Below the pieces are notes generated by a model. The model made no database searches. It saw only the letters and a list, made by a program, of their open reading frames with translations, and was not told where the DNA came from. A stretch of DNA of 64,000 nucleotides. Source: Gordius albopunctatus. Its lineage: Eukaryota. Both the position numbers and the translations under genes were made by a program. The DNA lies in the NCBI GenBank assembly GCA_964276515.1, contig OZ193910.1:5952001-6016000 (forward strand), given 5' to 3'. Shown here piece by piece: positions 32,806 through 47,000 of this stretch. Each line of letters opens with the position of its first letter. Within the stretch, counting starts at the first letter, position 1.

Positions 32806-33000
32806 TCACCAACTAGGCATTTCACCTTCTTTCAATGTTCTTCCAAACATCTGACTTTTATCTCTGTAGGAAACTGCCCTCTGTTGTGTTCTTCTCACAA
32901 AAAAATAAGTGAGAAACCCGGCGGTAGAAACAATTAATATAGGAAATTTGAAGCCATGATACAAATAACGAACGTCTTTATAGGTGAATTTCATGGCCAT
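32806..33000 (-). CDS. NDUFB1: NADH:ubiquinone oxidoreductase subunit B1 (MNLL), 64 aa
   Basis: Single hydrophobic helix followed by YRDKSQMFGRTLKEGEMPSW, matching the NDUFB1 C-terminal pattern fRnKS.lf.R.l..gE..tW; expected size. Confidence 0.8.
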   Translation of the reverse strand: MAMKFTYKDVRYLYHGFKFPILIVSTAGFLTYFFVRRTQQRAVSYRDKSQMFGRTLKEGEMPSW

Positions 33001-33449
33001 TGTTATTGTTTTAATTTATCTAAGATATTTAATTATCCAAAAATATTATAAAATTACTGTGATTTTCTTTTAATTTTTTGTATTCTTTTGTAAGACTTGA
33101 ATCTTTATAAATTGAATAACCAACACCTAATGGAAGCAGAAAATAGAATATATTTGCCCGAATTAGGAGTAAAACATCTGTGAACATTTTACTAAAAAAA
33201 CAATATGATTACATGTAATATAACGTACCATTTGACAGGCAGTTTTATATAATGCTAGGGGCCAAGCTGAGCAACTGTCTCAAAACTAAGCTTTCGGGTG
33301 GGCCCAAACGCGCACTATAAAAACATTCGGGCAATTCTTGGATAAATAGTATTTTATATAGTGTGTTATTTTGTTTTGGCGAACTATTTTGTCATATTTT
33401 TGATTTTATAATATTTATTATTCATAGAACTTATCCAAAAAAGCCAGAA

Positions 33450-33990
33450 TTCTTCTTCTTCTTTATCAGTTATTTGGTCCCCCATTGGTGGGGTTTGTTT
33501 TGATAAGTTTCTTCTATCTTGACCGGGTTAGTGCCATGCCTTAACTAATCTCTTTAGTTTCCATAACCTTATCCACTTGGCCTTTCCACGTGACACGGGG
33601 TCGTCCTTTTCCTCTCTTCCCCGGTACTTCTATGTCCAGTACTTTTCGATTTACGTTATCCGTGTCCCTTCTTAGTATATTCCCATACCACCTTAGCCGA
33701 TTTTCGTTAATCATGTCCGCCATAGGTTGAATATCCATTTTTGTCATGAGAAAGTCATTCGTCACATGGTCGAGCTTAGTATACCCTAAGCTCCACCGTA
33801 TCATTCTCATCTCTGGGGTTTGTAATAGCTTTCCTTCCGTGGTGTCTAATGCCCATGTTTCACTTCCATAGAGTAACACCGGTCTTACGATGGATTTGTA
33901 AGCTTTGCTCTTCAACCATAATGCCATTTTCTTGTCGCACATTACACCGGATATTCTTCGCTATTTAGTCCATCCTCTTCGGATCCGGGA
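33450..33990 (-). mobile_element. RTE LINE 3' end (5'-truncated)
   Basis: ORF CDKKMALWLKSKAYKSIVRPVLLYGSETW...RLRWYGNILRR...GKRGKGRPRVTW; short (GAA)n tail at ~33450-33461. Confidence 0.9.
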
Positions 33991-34670
33991 AAAATTTATA
34001 AGTTCACTTATATTTGACGTATTTACATATTTATTTGGAAAAATTGAGACCCTTTATCAACCCTGGTTAAGCCTCTAAGCAGACCCTTGTTTAACATATT
34101 TAATCCAAACGTTTTAGTTTATTAAAAATACCATCATTAATTATAGCCCATAGAATTTATTGCATGCTTACTATATCCTTATAAACCACAAAGTGTGAGT
34201 GTATACTTTTTATCATAATATTATTATTTACAGATGCTATCTAGTTGCAAATATTAGAAAGTTTAGGAAAGCAAAAATAAAAGAAGCATTACTATAGGAA
34301 TAGGGTATAAGTTTTTAAAGTACACGTAATATATTTTATGACCAAAATCATTATAATAAAATTTGTATTTCAAATAATTACCTTCGAATTCTAACTAACT
34401 TTGTCATTAAGTTATTTATCTAATACAGTATAAGTTCGTGTATTTACTTTATATTAAACAATTGCCACTTATATAGAAGTTATAATCAATTCAAATGCAC
34501 CTGCCAACCCCAGTTTATAATTTGAAAAGGAATGCATATCACTAAACAATGTATTCCCATGTCTTTATTTAAAAGGTATACTATTAGTTGAAGCATATTT
34601 AGAAAACTTATGATTTAATCTATTACTGTGTTATCGAATACTCAATTATTCTTTTGAAATCGTTAGGTAG

Positions 34671-34730
34671 GCACAAATGAAACACTACATACGACGGTCC
34701 CAAGTCCGTGTACAAAATGTGAGGGTTGGC
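34671..34730 (+). ncRNA. Twister ribozyme-like motif (type P1) at the 5' end of an RTE element
   Basis: TGAA-ACACT-AC-ATAC-G-ACGG-TCCCAAGT-CCGT-GTACAA-AATGT-GAGGG-TTGG maps onto the twister consensus UAA-P2-GC...G-CCGG-UCCCAAGC-CCGG...P2'-GAGGG, with compensatory changes in P4 and T2. Confidence 0.7.
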
Positions 34731-35613
34731 GTCAGGTCGAAAACGGCTTTAATAAGCGACTCCTAAAACATGATAGTTTTAAAAATAACCTTTCAACAGA
34801 AAGCTAGGGCATCCTCCACAAACGAAGCGCAATGCATATCCCGCCCTTGCAATGTGAATAATACATTTGGGTTACCGCTTAACTCACAACGAAGGAGGTT
34901 AGAGAATTTGGATGTTGACGGGAAAGAGCATCGACGTGGCATAAATACTAAAAAGAAACAATATACACATCACCTGCCTACAAGAGAAAAAGTTGAACGG
35001 AACGAAAGCCCGGGAATTAATAGAAGGATACAAGCTTTTCTACAGTGGGTCACCAAATCGTAGAAAGGGGGTCGGTATTGTTCTAAGCGAATCGTTCAAA
35101 GACAAGCTGGTGGAAGTCAAGCGTTGTTCCGACAGGCTAATGTGGGTAAAGATTGCATATCAAGGGGACCTCCTAACTGTTATGAGCGCGTATGCTCCCC
35201 TAGTTGGGTGTTTGGTATCAGAGATGGACATATTCTTTGATTCATTGGAAAAGGAAATACAAGGAATAAGACAGGAAGAAAGGCTAATTATTGGGGCAGA
35301 TTTCAACGCTAACGTATGGGAAGATCGCCTCGGGTATGAACGCAATCATGGAGGCTATGCGCATGGTCTAGGTCTGAAAAATAAAGAAGGGGAAAATCTT
35401 CTCCAAGTATCCAAAGTATATGACATGGCGATCGTTAACACCTATTTTCAAAAACGCGAAGATCATATTGTGACTTATAGAAATGGGAAGCATTTTAGTC
35501 AAATTGACTATTTGCTTATACGGCGAAAGGACTTATGTAGTATCAAGGATTGCAAAGTAATACTGTGAGAAGAAATCGCCAGGCAAAATCGTCCCCTTGT
35601 TATGGATCTTGAC

Positions 35614-36609
35614 TAGTGTTGCGATCTCGTCTCGTCTCGGTCTCGAAAGCAAAATCTCGTCTCGTCTCGGGTGAAATTATTAAAATCTCGTCTCGACGAG
35701 AATTCTCGTCTCTTCTCGACTTTTAAAAATAATTATATCTTATATTTTTTCTGACTCCTATAAATTATTATATAAGATATAAATTGGTCATAATGGAACC
35801 AATTTTTTATCTCAAACCCCAAAACACAAGCTAGATATATATCTTGAGACAGGAAGCATTATTGGAGGTGTTATATATACTACTTGCCTCGAAGGTATAA
35901 AGTTGCTAAACAATAACTTTCATTTCCTGGCTAAGGCTCAATAAAAGGATAAAGTTTAATAATATTATCATATTACAACATAATAAATATATTGAGATCT
36001 TATATAATAACGTTAAAATAATGACAAAAATGCGAGAGTAAGCTTTTGAAGATATCATTATTAATAACAAGTAATTATCTTAACATTGTAAATACAATAA
36101 AATAGGCATTTCTGTTGGAAGAGCATAAAAGTTTTGAGATCTTACATTAATTCCACATATATAACTTTAAATATAAAATTTCCTTTAAAGCACAATTTAC
36201 AATTCTCCATTTTATTTGATTCATCCTTGGATACTGTAAAATGTTTGAGCAGCTTGCTCTTTTTTGTGTTGGATGATGAACTTGATGCGCATAAACTCAT
36301 TATAGGTCTAAATAATTTTATATTATATAAGCTATACAAATAAGTAACAAATACCCAAATACCCTAAGGGCTTCTAATACTATGTCTATTAAGATTATTT
36401 TGAAAATTTGAAATTTGCGCGAAGCGGATAATTAGGTGCGTAAGTAATTACTATCAAAAAGTTTCGAAATCATATTAATTTGCATTATATACCCTAAATT
36501 TAAATCTAATAAAATAAAATTTTTTAATTAGCTATATGAAGACTTAATAGATAAAAATTAAAGTCGAGATCTCGCCGATGAGATTTTTCTCGGTTTTTCC
36601 GCATCACTA
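35614..36609 (-). mobile_element. Non-autonomous hAT element with a BED-finger remnant
   Basis: TIRs TAGTGTTGCG / CGCATCACTA; 8-bp TSD ATCTTGAC; subterminal TCTCG repeats; minus-strand SKLLKHFTVSKDESNKMENCKLC. Confidence 0.9.
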
Positions 36610-37339
36610 ATCTTGACAGAAGAGTATTTCCTGAAAGAATAAATGTCTATGAACATCGAATTCGATACAAAAGTCTAAAGGATACGTCAACGAACAAAGA
36701 ATACCATCAAAAAGCCTCCTCACTCTTGGGTGCAAGGGTCGGAGGATTATGAAGAGTACAGGGACGCAAAGAGAGCCTCAAAAAAGGCCGTTGCAATAGC
36801 GAAGAATGCCGCGTACACCGAGATGACAAATAAACTGGATCATTAAGGGAGCGATAGGCTTATGTAAAAATTGGCCAAGATCAGGGATAAGAAAAGTCGC
36901 GATGTCGGAGTTCATAAAATAGTCAAAAACGAGAAGGGTCATACCTTATTCAAGCAGAAAGAAGTAATTGAAAGGATATTTTAAGAAACTTATGAATATT
37001 GAAAATGACAAGGATTCCCTTCCCGAAATTGAGCCAAATATAGGTATGGTCGAACTCTTTCAGGAGGATGAAGTTAGGATTTTTGATAGTGCTTAATATG
37101 TAACACTCATCTCCAAAGGCATAAATGCTGTAAAGAAGTCCAGGAAACAAAAAATTGGACAATTATCTATGCAAGCCACTTTCAACAAAATTTACGAGCC
37201 AATCAAAAAAGATCTCATATCCTCAATATCCCATTTTTGTGGAATGGATCTGGCATCAAACATCTTCTATGAAGAATGATGTAGAGGAAAATGAAGTTGA
37301 CACCAACACAAAGTTAAAATCAACGAAATAATATAGAAT

Positions 37340-37530
37340 TATCGGATTGGTGGAAAGACCACAGTGGTCATTTCCAGCGCTTAGCCCTCTTGTTTGTACG
37401 ATTTTTTCGACACCGGCTTTTGCCTCGAGTGAGAGGTGTTTTTGGTCAGCTCAGCGGGCCGCATATATGAAGAGCAGAGAACAATCTTTATACACGGATA
37501 TTTTTGATGCCTGTTTTTTTGCATCAAAAT
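37340..37530 (+). mobile_element. hAT dimerization-domain remnant
   Basis: DWWKDHSGHF/PALSPLVCTIFSTPAFASSERCFWSA, with a frameshift. Confidence 0.65.
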
Positions 37531-38044
37531 TGTTTTATTATCGATTTATAATTTTTTTTTGTATTTGCTCAAGTGATCTAATGCTCAAGTAATCTAAAAT
37601 TTGCAAAGAATGCTTATAACTAATTAATTTTATATTTAATTATGTTAAAAACGCTTTAGAAAGTTGCAAAAACATAGATTAGCTTTTTATTGCTGCATTT
37701 ATATTTTATTTCATATTAAGCATATAATATATGAAGTTCAAATTTTTTATTATTTTCTTTCATAGGTTAGATTAAATGCTTTATAATAAGTTAATATGCA
37801 TTTACAATACTTTATAGGGTTAGGGTTAGAGATATACTTATGTAATAATGTTTAAATTACAATTTTTGTGCATTAGATTACTTGATCATTAGACCGGTTG
37901 ATTATAAATCATTTTTTTATGTGCGTTCTATTAGCTGTCACTCAAATGCCTTTATAAAAATCAGCTGATTTAAAATTGCAAGCTCCGCATCAGAGCCAAA
38001 TTTCTCAAAACAAATTACTTTTATTATAATATAATAGTTCATAG

Positions 38045-41000
38045 ATGGGCAGAATTTTTTTGAGTCATATTGGAGGAACAAGGTTGTTCTCATGTGCTAG
38101 CTGTGATACCATCCTCACCAATCGTTCTGAGCTTATTTCTACGCGATTTACTGGAGCAACAGGGAGAGCCTTCTTATTCAACAAAGTAAAACAGAATGTT
38201 AGACCATATAGGTGTAGTCAACATTTAATGTCGATTTAAGTTAAAAAATATTTTTAGTAATAAATAAGATATGAGTTTGTATAAATATTGCAAACAAAGA
38301 TTGTTTAGGAATTTATAATAATTTATATAAACAATTTTGCAAAAGAAAATAATTGTTTTCAATTGTAACAAAAGCAATATTTACTATAGGTATGAATTTG
38401 TGATTTTATGTTGCACAGGTTCTTATAGTTGATTATTCTAAATAAAAAAGGACGAATTTAGTCTTGCTTTTATTTGGTAAAATTATTTTAATATCAATCA
38501 AAAGAGATTTTTTTATTATTATGTAACTTCTTAATGGTATTTTAGTTGCAATAATATGTAAAATCCATTTTCTTAACATATAAAGCAGTTTAAAGAGTGT
38601 GATGATAATAGGAAATTTTAATATTAACCCACATTAAAACTGAATTTTGTGATTTGAAATTTTCTTCCTCATTATTATAATTATCTATCTTGTCTATTGG
38701 AGTATGATGGGTTTAAATTCTCTAAACACAGTATAATTTTATCACTAACAAAAAAATTGGCTGATATCTTAAATATGACTAGTACATCACCTAGAGGCAG
38801 TTCATTTTTGTATACTAATTACTAGATGTTTATTTTTATAATTGCTAAAAAACCAGTAACTTTTTTGATACAAACTTGTTAGATTTATGAAACATAATCA
38901 TGTTTCAATTAATGTTTTTGTATACATTTATTCATCTTTAAGCTTAAAAAGAATTGGTCCTAAATTCACATAAATAGGCAGCAAATTTTAGTTTTATTAA
39001 TTACTTGCACACTGGGTTTGCCGTATTTCATAAAATCATTATCAACAATTGATTGTAAGACTTTTGCAATTTTTTGACTCCCTTATTCATAAATATTTAT
39101 ATGCTATGTTAAAGCTTACAGCCAAATAGCTATCCTAATGTTCACTTGGTGAGGCAATGGAACTATTCTTAACATAGGCGATAGGTAGGCGTACCCAGAA
39201 TTGGAATTAGAGGGAGGCAATGATGATTTAGGGAGGGGCAAAATGATCGTTTTTTGAATTTTTAGCCATAATCTCAATAAATTTTTTCGATTTAGAGGTG
39301 GGCATCCGCTCCTCCCTGCCCCCCCTCGCGACTTTCATCAAACGAAACTCAGCAAGCCTATCAGGTCATAAAATTAACATAAACGACGCGCAAGACCCGG
39401 CTAATCAGGTAAGGATTTGAACACCCGAACCTTAACCTGAGGTTGATCTCGAAAATCAACCTGAAAAACCTTCGGGTCAATTTTATCCCCAACCTGAAAC
39501 CCAGGTTGACCTCAGGTTAACCTGATAAAAATCTCTTGTTTTATGCGATAAATTTAAGAATAAATTTTTATTTTACTTTAACTATTTTCCTTTTTCAAGA
39601 TGCGTCAAACTTTTTAAATATTTACAATTTTAAATGAAGAAAAAATAGTTTTTGTTTATTATTTTAAAAAAATATCAAAATTTATAAACATATAGATGGC
39701 GTCATCGAGTAATATACATGTTTAACAATTAATTAAATTTTTATATAAAAAAATCTTATTTTTTTTTAAATAATAACCAAAAACTATTTTTTCTTCATTT
39801 AAAATTGTAAATATTTAAAAAGTATGATGCATCTTGAAAAAGGAAAATAGTTAAAGTAAAATAAAAATTTATTCTTAAATTTATCGCATAAAACAAGAGA
39901 TTTTTATCAGGTTAACCTGAGGTCAACCTGGGTTTCAGGTTGGGGATAAAATTGACCTGAGGGTTTTTCAGGTTGATTTTCGAGATCAACCTCAGGTTAA
40001 GGTTCGGGTGTTCAAAAACCTGGTAAGGTTTTAGAACGCCCGAACCTAAAACCGACCTGAGGTTGGACCTCGGGAAAACCTGACCTAGGTTTTGATCATC
40101 ACTAGACCCGGCCTTAGGACCAAAACTGTTTTAAATTTATTTTGGCGTTTGCAAACGAAAGTGTTTTGGCACATAATTCAAAAAAGTGTATAATTATTGA
40201 TTGAAATTTAAAGAACCCTGATATACAGCGTCGGGCAAGATTTGTTCATGTTAACCCAATGGCGTAGCCAAGAGGGGGGGGGAGCGGAAAATTCCCCTTC
40301 TCCCTTAGCAAAAATATTATTTTTCTTTTGATCAATAAGTAAAGTATTAATTTAATTAAAAGTAATTAATTTTAGTTGCATAAATGACTAAGCTACTTAA
40401 TTTATTTGAATAAATTTTTGTCAAAAGCTTTTAACTCATTATTTTTCTTTTCCTGAATTCCTTTGTTTGCTTGCCGAAAAAGTTAATTAAGCATTTTCCC
40501 ACTACCTGGCCCTCACATACCTATAAGTAGCAATGTTCTAATAGGAATACTTGTTTCGGCAATCTGAATACTTGAACTCTTTCATATCTTGATGAATCTT
40601 TTATGTATACTAGTGGTGGGAAAACGCTTAGCACTAGCGCGCTTAGCACCTCCCCGCTGATGGGAATAGCCTATTAAATACGCTATGTCTACTAGCACAT
40701 AGTCACTTTAAGTGCTATAAGCTATAGGAGATGGGAGGTATGAGGTGCTATGTGCTATAGGAGATGGGAGGTTTGAGGTGCTATGTGCTATAGGAGATGG
40801 GAGTTTGAGGTGCTATGTGCTATAGGAGATGGGAGGTATGAGGTGCTATGTGCTATAGGAGATGGGAGTTTGAGGTGCTATGTGCTATGGGAGGTTTGAG
40901 GTGCTATGTGCTATAGGAGATGGGAGGTTTGAGGTGCTATGTGCTATAGGAGATGGGAGTTTGAGGTGCTATGTGCTATAGGAGATGGGAGGTTTGAGGT

Positions 41001-44000
41001 GCTATGTGCTATAGGAGATGGGAGTTTGAGGTGCTATGTGCTATAGGAGATGGGAGGTTTGAGGTGCTATGTGCTATAGGAGATGGGAGTTTGAGGTGCT
41101 ATGTGCTATAGGAGATGGGAGGTATGAGGTGCTATGTGCTATAGGAGATGGGAGTTTGAGGTGCTATGTGCTATAGCCGATTGCACTTAAATGCGCTACT
41201 CCTATAGCACCGGCGCTAACACTGGGAATAATTTTTTAAATTGTTTATTTTGTTTTTATTAAATATTAAAATACATCTGAATATAATTTTTTTGCCCTAT
41301 CTTACCATCTAACTACGACTTATTTTAATATAAATATTTAATTAAATGTATGACTTTAATTTTATTTTGCATTGCTTCTACATTTATTTTATCAATAAGT
41401 CGCCCCGCCCCCCTCTGAATGACGGAAAAAAAATTTTTCCAATGTAAAAAAACCCTTATAAATTAATAATTTTTTTTATTTAGTCCCTCCCTAATTCAAC
41501 TTTTATTTTAACCGTTTGCCCCCCCCCTTAATTCAAAACCTAGTTATGCCCTACGCCCATGTTTTTGAGAATAAAAAAATTAAACTCCCCCTTTCCTTAA
41601 GTTAATATATTTCAATTAAAAGGAAAACAATACTATTGAGTGAACTTTTATGCGTTTGAGTACTCAGACTCAGACAGTCTTAGTCTGAGCTGAGTACGCA
41701 AACGCATAAAAGAACATGAGGGAGTCTGAGTCAGACTCACTCATTTTATTTTTATTCATTGAAAAAAGAAAATTAATTTTTCGATCTCTTTTTTAATGTC
41801 TTTATCCACTACCTCTTCTTCAGATGACTACGATTTAAATACAACCAATATTATAATTTCTCCAAAATCTAAAAAGGTTTATACTTTAACACCCCAAAAG
41901 TCGAAAAAAAATGTTTGGAGTGTTCAAGAACTTTTAGTATTAAAACGTCGGTTACTAATATACGTGCTCATTATATTAACGCCCATCCAGATAAATTAGT
42001 AACAGCAGAAAAAAGTCCTTGCATTTTTAAAGGCAATTTAACAAACGAACAAAATGAATTGTTGAATTCAAAATTTTTGGATTATGTGGTTGGAAATGAC
42101 TTGCCCTTTTCCACTTATGATAGTCCTAGCTTGAAGAGCATGTTCGCTTGCGTCAATGAAAACATTAATTTATGGTCGAAAAAAACCGCCAAGGTGAGAC
42201 TACAGGATTTATACGAGGCCACTAAACAGACGATAACCAACAATCTCAGGACGATCACAACCCACCTGGCACTAACGACAGATTTGTGGAAAAGCACCAA
42301 TGGTGTATATTACATAGGTATCACCCTTCATTATATTAACAAAGAATGGGTTCTGGAAAACATTTTACTCCAAATTCTCGCGATGAAGAGTTGGAAAACT
42401 ATATTATGGAAATTGAATGTCATGGCGATGTGAATATTTTAGAATGGTGGAAATCCTCTTCATTGAGATTTCCTAATTTAGCTGCTATGGCTCAAGACTA
42501 TTTATGCCACCAAAGCACATCAGTGATAAGTGAACGCCTTTTCTCTAAGGCAGGTAACATAATTACCAAGAAAAGGTCACGGTTATCTCCAACTTCCTTA
42601 AACCAAATGCTATGCATGAATAGCTGGAAAGGAATCTACGTCAATAATTAACAAAATATTTGCCTGTTTTATTATATTTATCAATATAACTAATATATAT
42701 ATAATGCGAAATGGTCGAAAATAAAGTTATCGTAGTTTGTGATTTTTAACGAGTGTGTTTTCATATAGACGTTGATAAAGATATCTCACTTGGGAAATCT
42801 TTTATTATATTTCCCAAATGTAACATAAAATAAGTACTTTAACCGGCTGATATAAAACACATTGGAAATATTACACTTAAAGATTAAATTTGTTATTTAA
42901 GTCGGATTTATATTGGTTATTAATTAGTGACCAACCATAACCTTTTTTAAATATTCTTAACATAAGTTTTATGTTGAGGTGACCGGGGCTAGTCGTAGCC
43001 AGGTTAATAATTATTTTTCATAAAATTAATATTTTTATGTTGAGTTGAAGAAAAGGATAAAGATATTAAAGATGAGAGCGAAAAATTAATTTTCTTTTTA
43101 TCACTGACTGAATAAAAATAACATGCCATGAGTGAGTATGCGTACTCAGACTCTGAGATCTGAGTACGCATTAAAGTTCACTCTTCTTACTCTTAGGTTT
43201 TCCTTTTGATTGAAACATAATCGCCCTGATGGGATATGGATTATTTAAGGGAATGGGGAGTTTAATTTTTTTATTCTCAAAAACATGGGGTAGGGTAGGG
43301 CATAACTAGGTTTTGAATTAACCCCCCCCCCTCCCCGATTGAAAAAAGTATTTTTTTAAATATTAAACATTTTGTTTAAAATTTATAATTTAAAATACTT
43401 AGCATTTTAATAAAAAAAACTTAGCATATAAAAATAAAAACTTAGCAATTTAATAATAAAAACTTAGCATTCAAAAATAAAATACTTAGCGTATCCTTTA
43501 AAATACTTAGCAGTTAAATAACACCCTTTTTTAATTTTGTTTTTTCGAACAATATATTTTTAATGGAAAATTGTTTATTAGATTACACACAAGTTCATAT
43601 TAACTCTATTGTTTTCATTGAAATTATTCTCAGTGTTAGCGCCGGTGCTATAGGAGTAGTGCATTTAAGTGCAATCGGCTATAGCACATAGCACCTCAAA
43701 CTCCCATCTCCTATAGCACATAGCACCTCAAACTCCCATCTCCTATAGCACATAGCACCTCATACCTCCCATCTCCTATAGCACATAGCACCTCAAACTC
43801 CCATCTCCTATAGCACATAGCACCTCATACCTCCCATCTCCTATAGCTTATAGCACCTCAAACCTCCCATCTCCTATAGCTTATAGCACTTAAAGTGACA
43901 TCGTTACTATGTAAAAAATTTAAAAAAAAGATCTTGACATTCAACAGGTCTAGCAGATAACATTGCAACTCAAATGAAATCTATAAAAAGCAGTATTGAC

Positions 44001-47000
44001 CAAGAGTTCAATCAAATTTTTTTATTAGCAGAAGTTAAAGGTAAAAATTATATGATTTTCATCGATTCTAAAAGACCTCGATTTGCCAAGAGGCAAAATT
44101 TTAGTATTAATATTTTAATTGAGGTCATGGGTGTAGCCAAGGGGGCCTGGGAAGGGCGGCTGCCCACCGCTTAATCCAAAAACTTGGTGAAATTTATCAA
44201 AATTATGGCTAAAATTTCAAAAATGCTCATTCTCTCCCTCCCTAGTTCATTATTGCCCCCCCCCTCTATTCCAAAGCTGGCTACGCCCATGATTGAGGTT
44301 TATTATAAATTAACAATATTTATTTCCTCTTGATTCCTTAACTAATAAATAAATTAACGGTTTTCGATCAAAGAACAAATTATAACTAACTTTCATATTT
44401 TGTTCTTGCAAAATGTGTCAGCTAGTGCTAGTAACGTTAAAAAAATCTTTGGAAAAATTGATTTATGGTATGTATATATGGCTTTGCCTCAAACTCTAAA
44501 GACCCGTCGTCCCAAGAATGATCTCGACACTCTTTTTTATTATAACGTTCTACACTCACACATTTTATACCATTATCGTAGGTGATTAATGTCTAAACTT
44601 TTCTGCTAGTCCCCGGTTCGGTCCGATATTGCCCACCAGGACCCCTTTAACTCCGCCCGGCCAGCTTAAATCACTTTGATACTTTATAAGTAAGACTTGA
44701 ATATTCAGCAAAGTAAACTACAGCTATATTTTACAACAAGTATTTTTATGATTATTTTAAATTTTCAATCTTTAACATTGTTTTAAATTGTAAAATAAAG
44801 TTTTTCTTATCTAAACAAATTGTTTATAGTACATTACACATGTCGGAAGAATTAAATAATGCTACCAAAAGAAAAGCTAAAGATCTTAAAATCAAGTATG
44901 GAAAAGGTTGGATATCCTCTTGAACGAAAACAATAACCAAGCAAGGGTGTCCATTTGCAAAACTTGCAAAAAATATCTGTCCTATCAACCCTCTTATGGT
45001 ACCTCCCACCTCAAACGACACAAATGTAGTGTTGAATCAACATCTGGAACAATGGATCAATATGTTTCAGCAATGGATACGAAAAAAGCAAAGCTTTTAA
45101 AAACCAAAGTAATTGATGAAGCCATAAAATTTTGTGCCAAAGATTTAAGACCATTTGAAGTTTTTGGCGAAAAAGGATTTCAAGACTTTTGCCAGTTTTT
45201 AATAAGTAATGTAACACCAGGGCAAGTTAATGTTAAAGAAATTTTTCCTGATCCAACTACTATAGCCAGACATGTTAGCCAGTCTGCTGATGCCATAAGG
45301 AAACAGATATTACCAGAAATAATATCTTATGTGCAAAAAGGTTTATGTTCAGCCACAACAGATATGTGGACTGAAGATTATACAAAAAACTCATATATAA
45401 CGTTGAGCATTCATTATATTAATGAAAAACTTATAAAAAGGATACTATTTACCTCACAATTTCCATATGAAAAAAAAGTGGAGAAAACATAAAAAGTGAA
45501 ATTCAAAATAAATTTACATTTTTTGGATTAACACAAAATGATATTTTTAAAATTACCTTTGTATCAGACCAAGGTGCAAATATAATCAACGCACTTCGCA
45601 ATTATAGACGATTGGATTGTAAAGCTCACCAGATTAATAATGTACTTAAAGGGGCTTTTAATGAATCCTTTTTGTTGGACAATGCTCCAGATGTATTAAG
45701 CCTGATAAATGATGCTAAAACCCTTGTAAGATACTTCAAGCAAAGTGGTTTGAATAAAAGTTTAACACGTTGTCTATATCAAGATGTGGTTGTTAGGTGG
45801 AATTCCAAATTACATCTTCTGGAAAGTGTTTATAATATGATAGATGAGGTTGAAGAGATTTTAACAAAAAGAAATGAAACATTTATGCTAGTTAACATAA
45901 CCAGACCTTTGCTCAAATCAACTATTGAAATATTACAGCCCTTCAAAGAAGCTAGCACACAATTAGAGGCAGACTTGAAATCCACTTTGCCTTACGTGTT
46001 TCTATGGAAAGTGAGATTAATAAATATGATGGAAAATGACGGATTTTCTGATGATCAAATTAAAAGGATTAAAAATAAACTTAAGGAGCTAATTAAAGAA
46101 AAGTACACCATCCATTCCCTGCACAAAATGGCAACTGTGCTTCACCCTAAATTTAAAAACATGGTAATGGCTACTCCTCAAGAGAGAAATGAAACCTAAG
46201 AAGAAATTAAAAATCTTATAGAACGGGAAGATTTTATACAATCAGTTAATCCTAGTCCTACCAGGGATTGTCAACCTGACAGTAGTGTATCTGAAGGTAA
46301 GATTTCTCATTTTTATGACAACCTATATTCTTCTAGCCAATAAAGCAAAATATGTATTTTCGGAATGGGAAGACCATGATATTCAGCCTTCAGCAACCAA
46401 TGAACTCCACCAATATCTTGGGGAATGTGTGAATCCTGAAGGCTTCGATCTTATAAAATGGTGGAAAGGCAAAGAAGCTATGTAAATAAAGTAAAATCAA
46501 TATAACCTTTAATTAGGTACCCAAAATCATCTCATTTGGCATTTATGGTTTTATGTATCCCGGCTACAAGTGCCACAAGTGAACGAAATTTCTCAACGGC
46601 TGGTCGCTTATTAGAAGAGAGAAGAACCCGATTAAGACCGGAAATAATTAACGATTTATTGTTTTTACATGATTATTATTGATGTTTTTAACATATATTA
46701 CTGAATATTGAATTAACTTTTTAATAAAAAAATAACAATCGTTTAAAAATTTGCAAAAAAAAAATTTTCTACGGGCCCGGGCCGGGCCTGGGTTTTGCAA
46801 AAAATGTTTAGGGCCAAGCCCGGGCCAAATTTTTCTTTTTTCAGCGGGCCGGGCCCAGGCCTAGAAATTTTTGAAGCGGGCGGGCCGACCAAGCAAAAGC
46901 CGGGCAGTGCAGGTCTCTAGTTTAAATATAGTTTGTCTTTGTTTAAGTTGTAATTATTTTAAGGTATTTATTACGAAACAAATAAAAAATTAACTATTTT

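Larger units (their letters stand above)
34671..37100 (+). mobile_element. RTE LINE 5' part (5' UTR, AP endonuclease, linker), decayed and split by a hAT MITE
   Basis: APE motifs: CLQE, GYKLFYSG...GVGIVL, SAYAP, IIGADFNANV, NTYFQKR, SQIDYLL. Homology resumes at 36618 after the insertion. Confidence 0.9.

Noticed and set aside
37815..37829. TTAGGG telomeric repeat
   Set aside because: Only about two units; expected by chance or from a TE.
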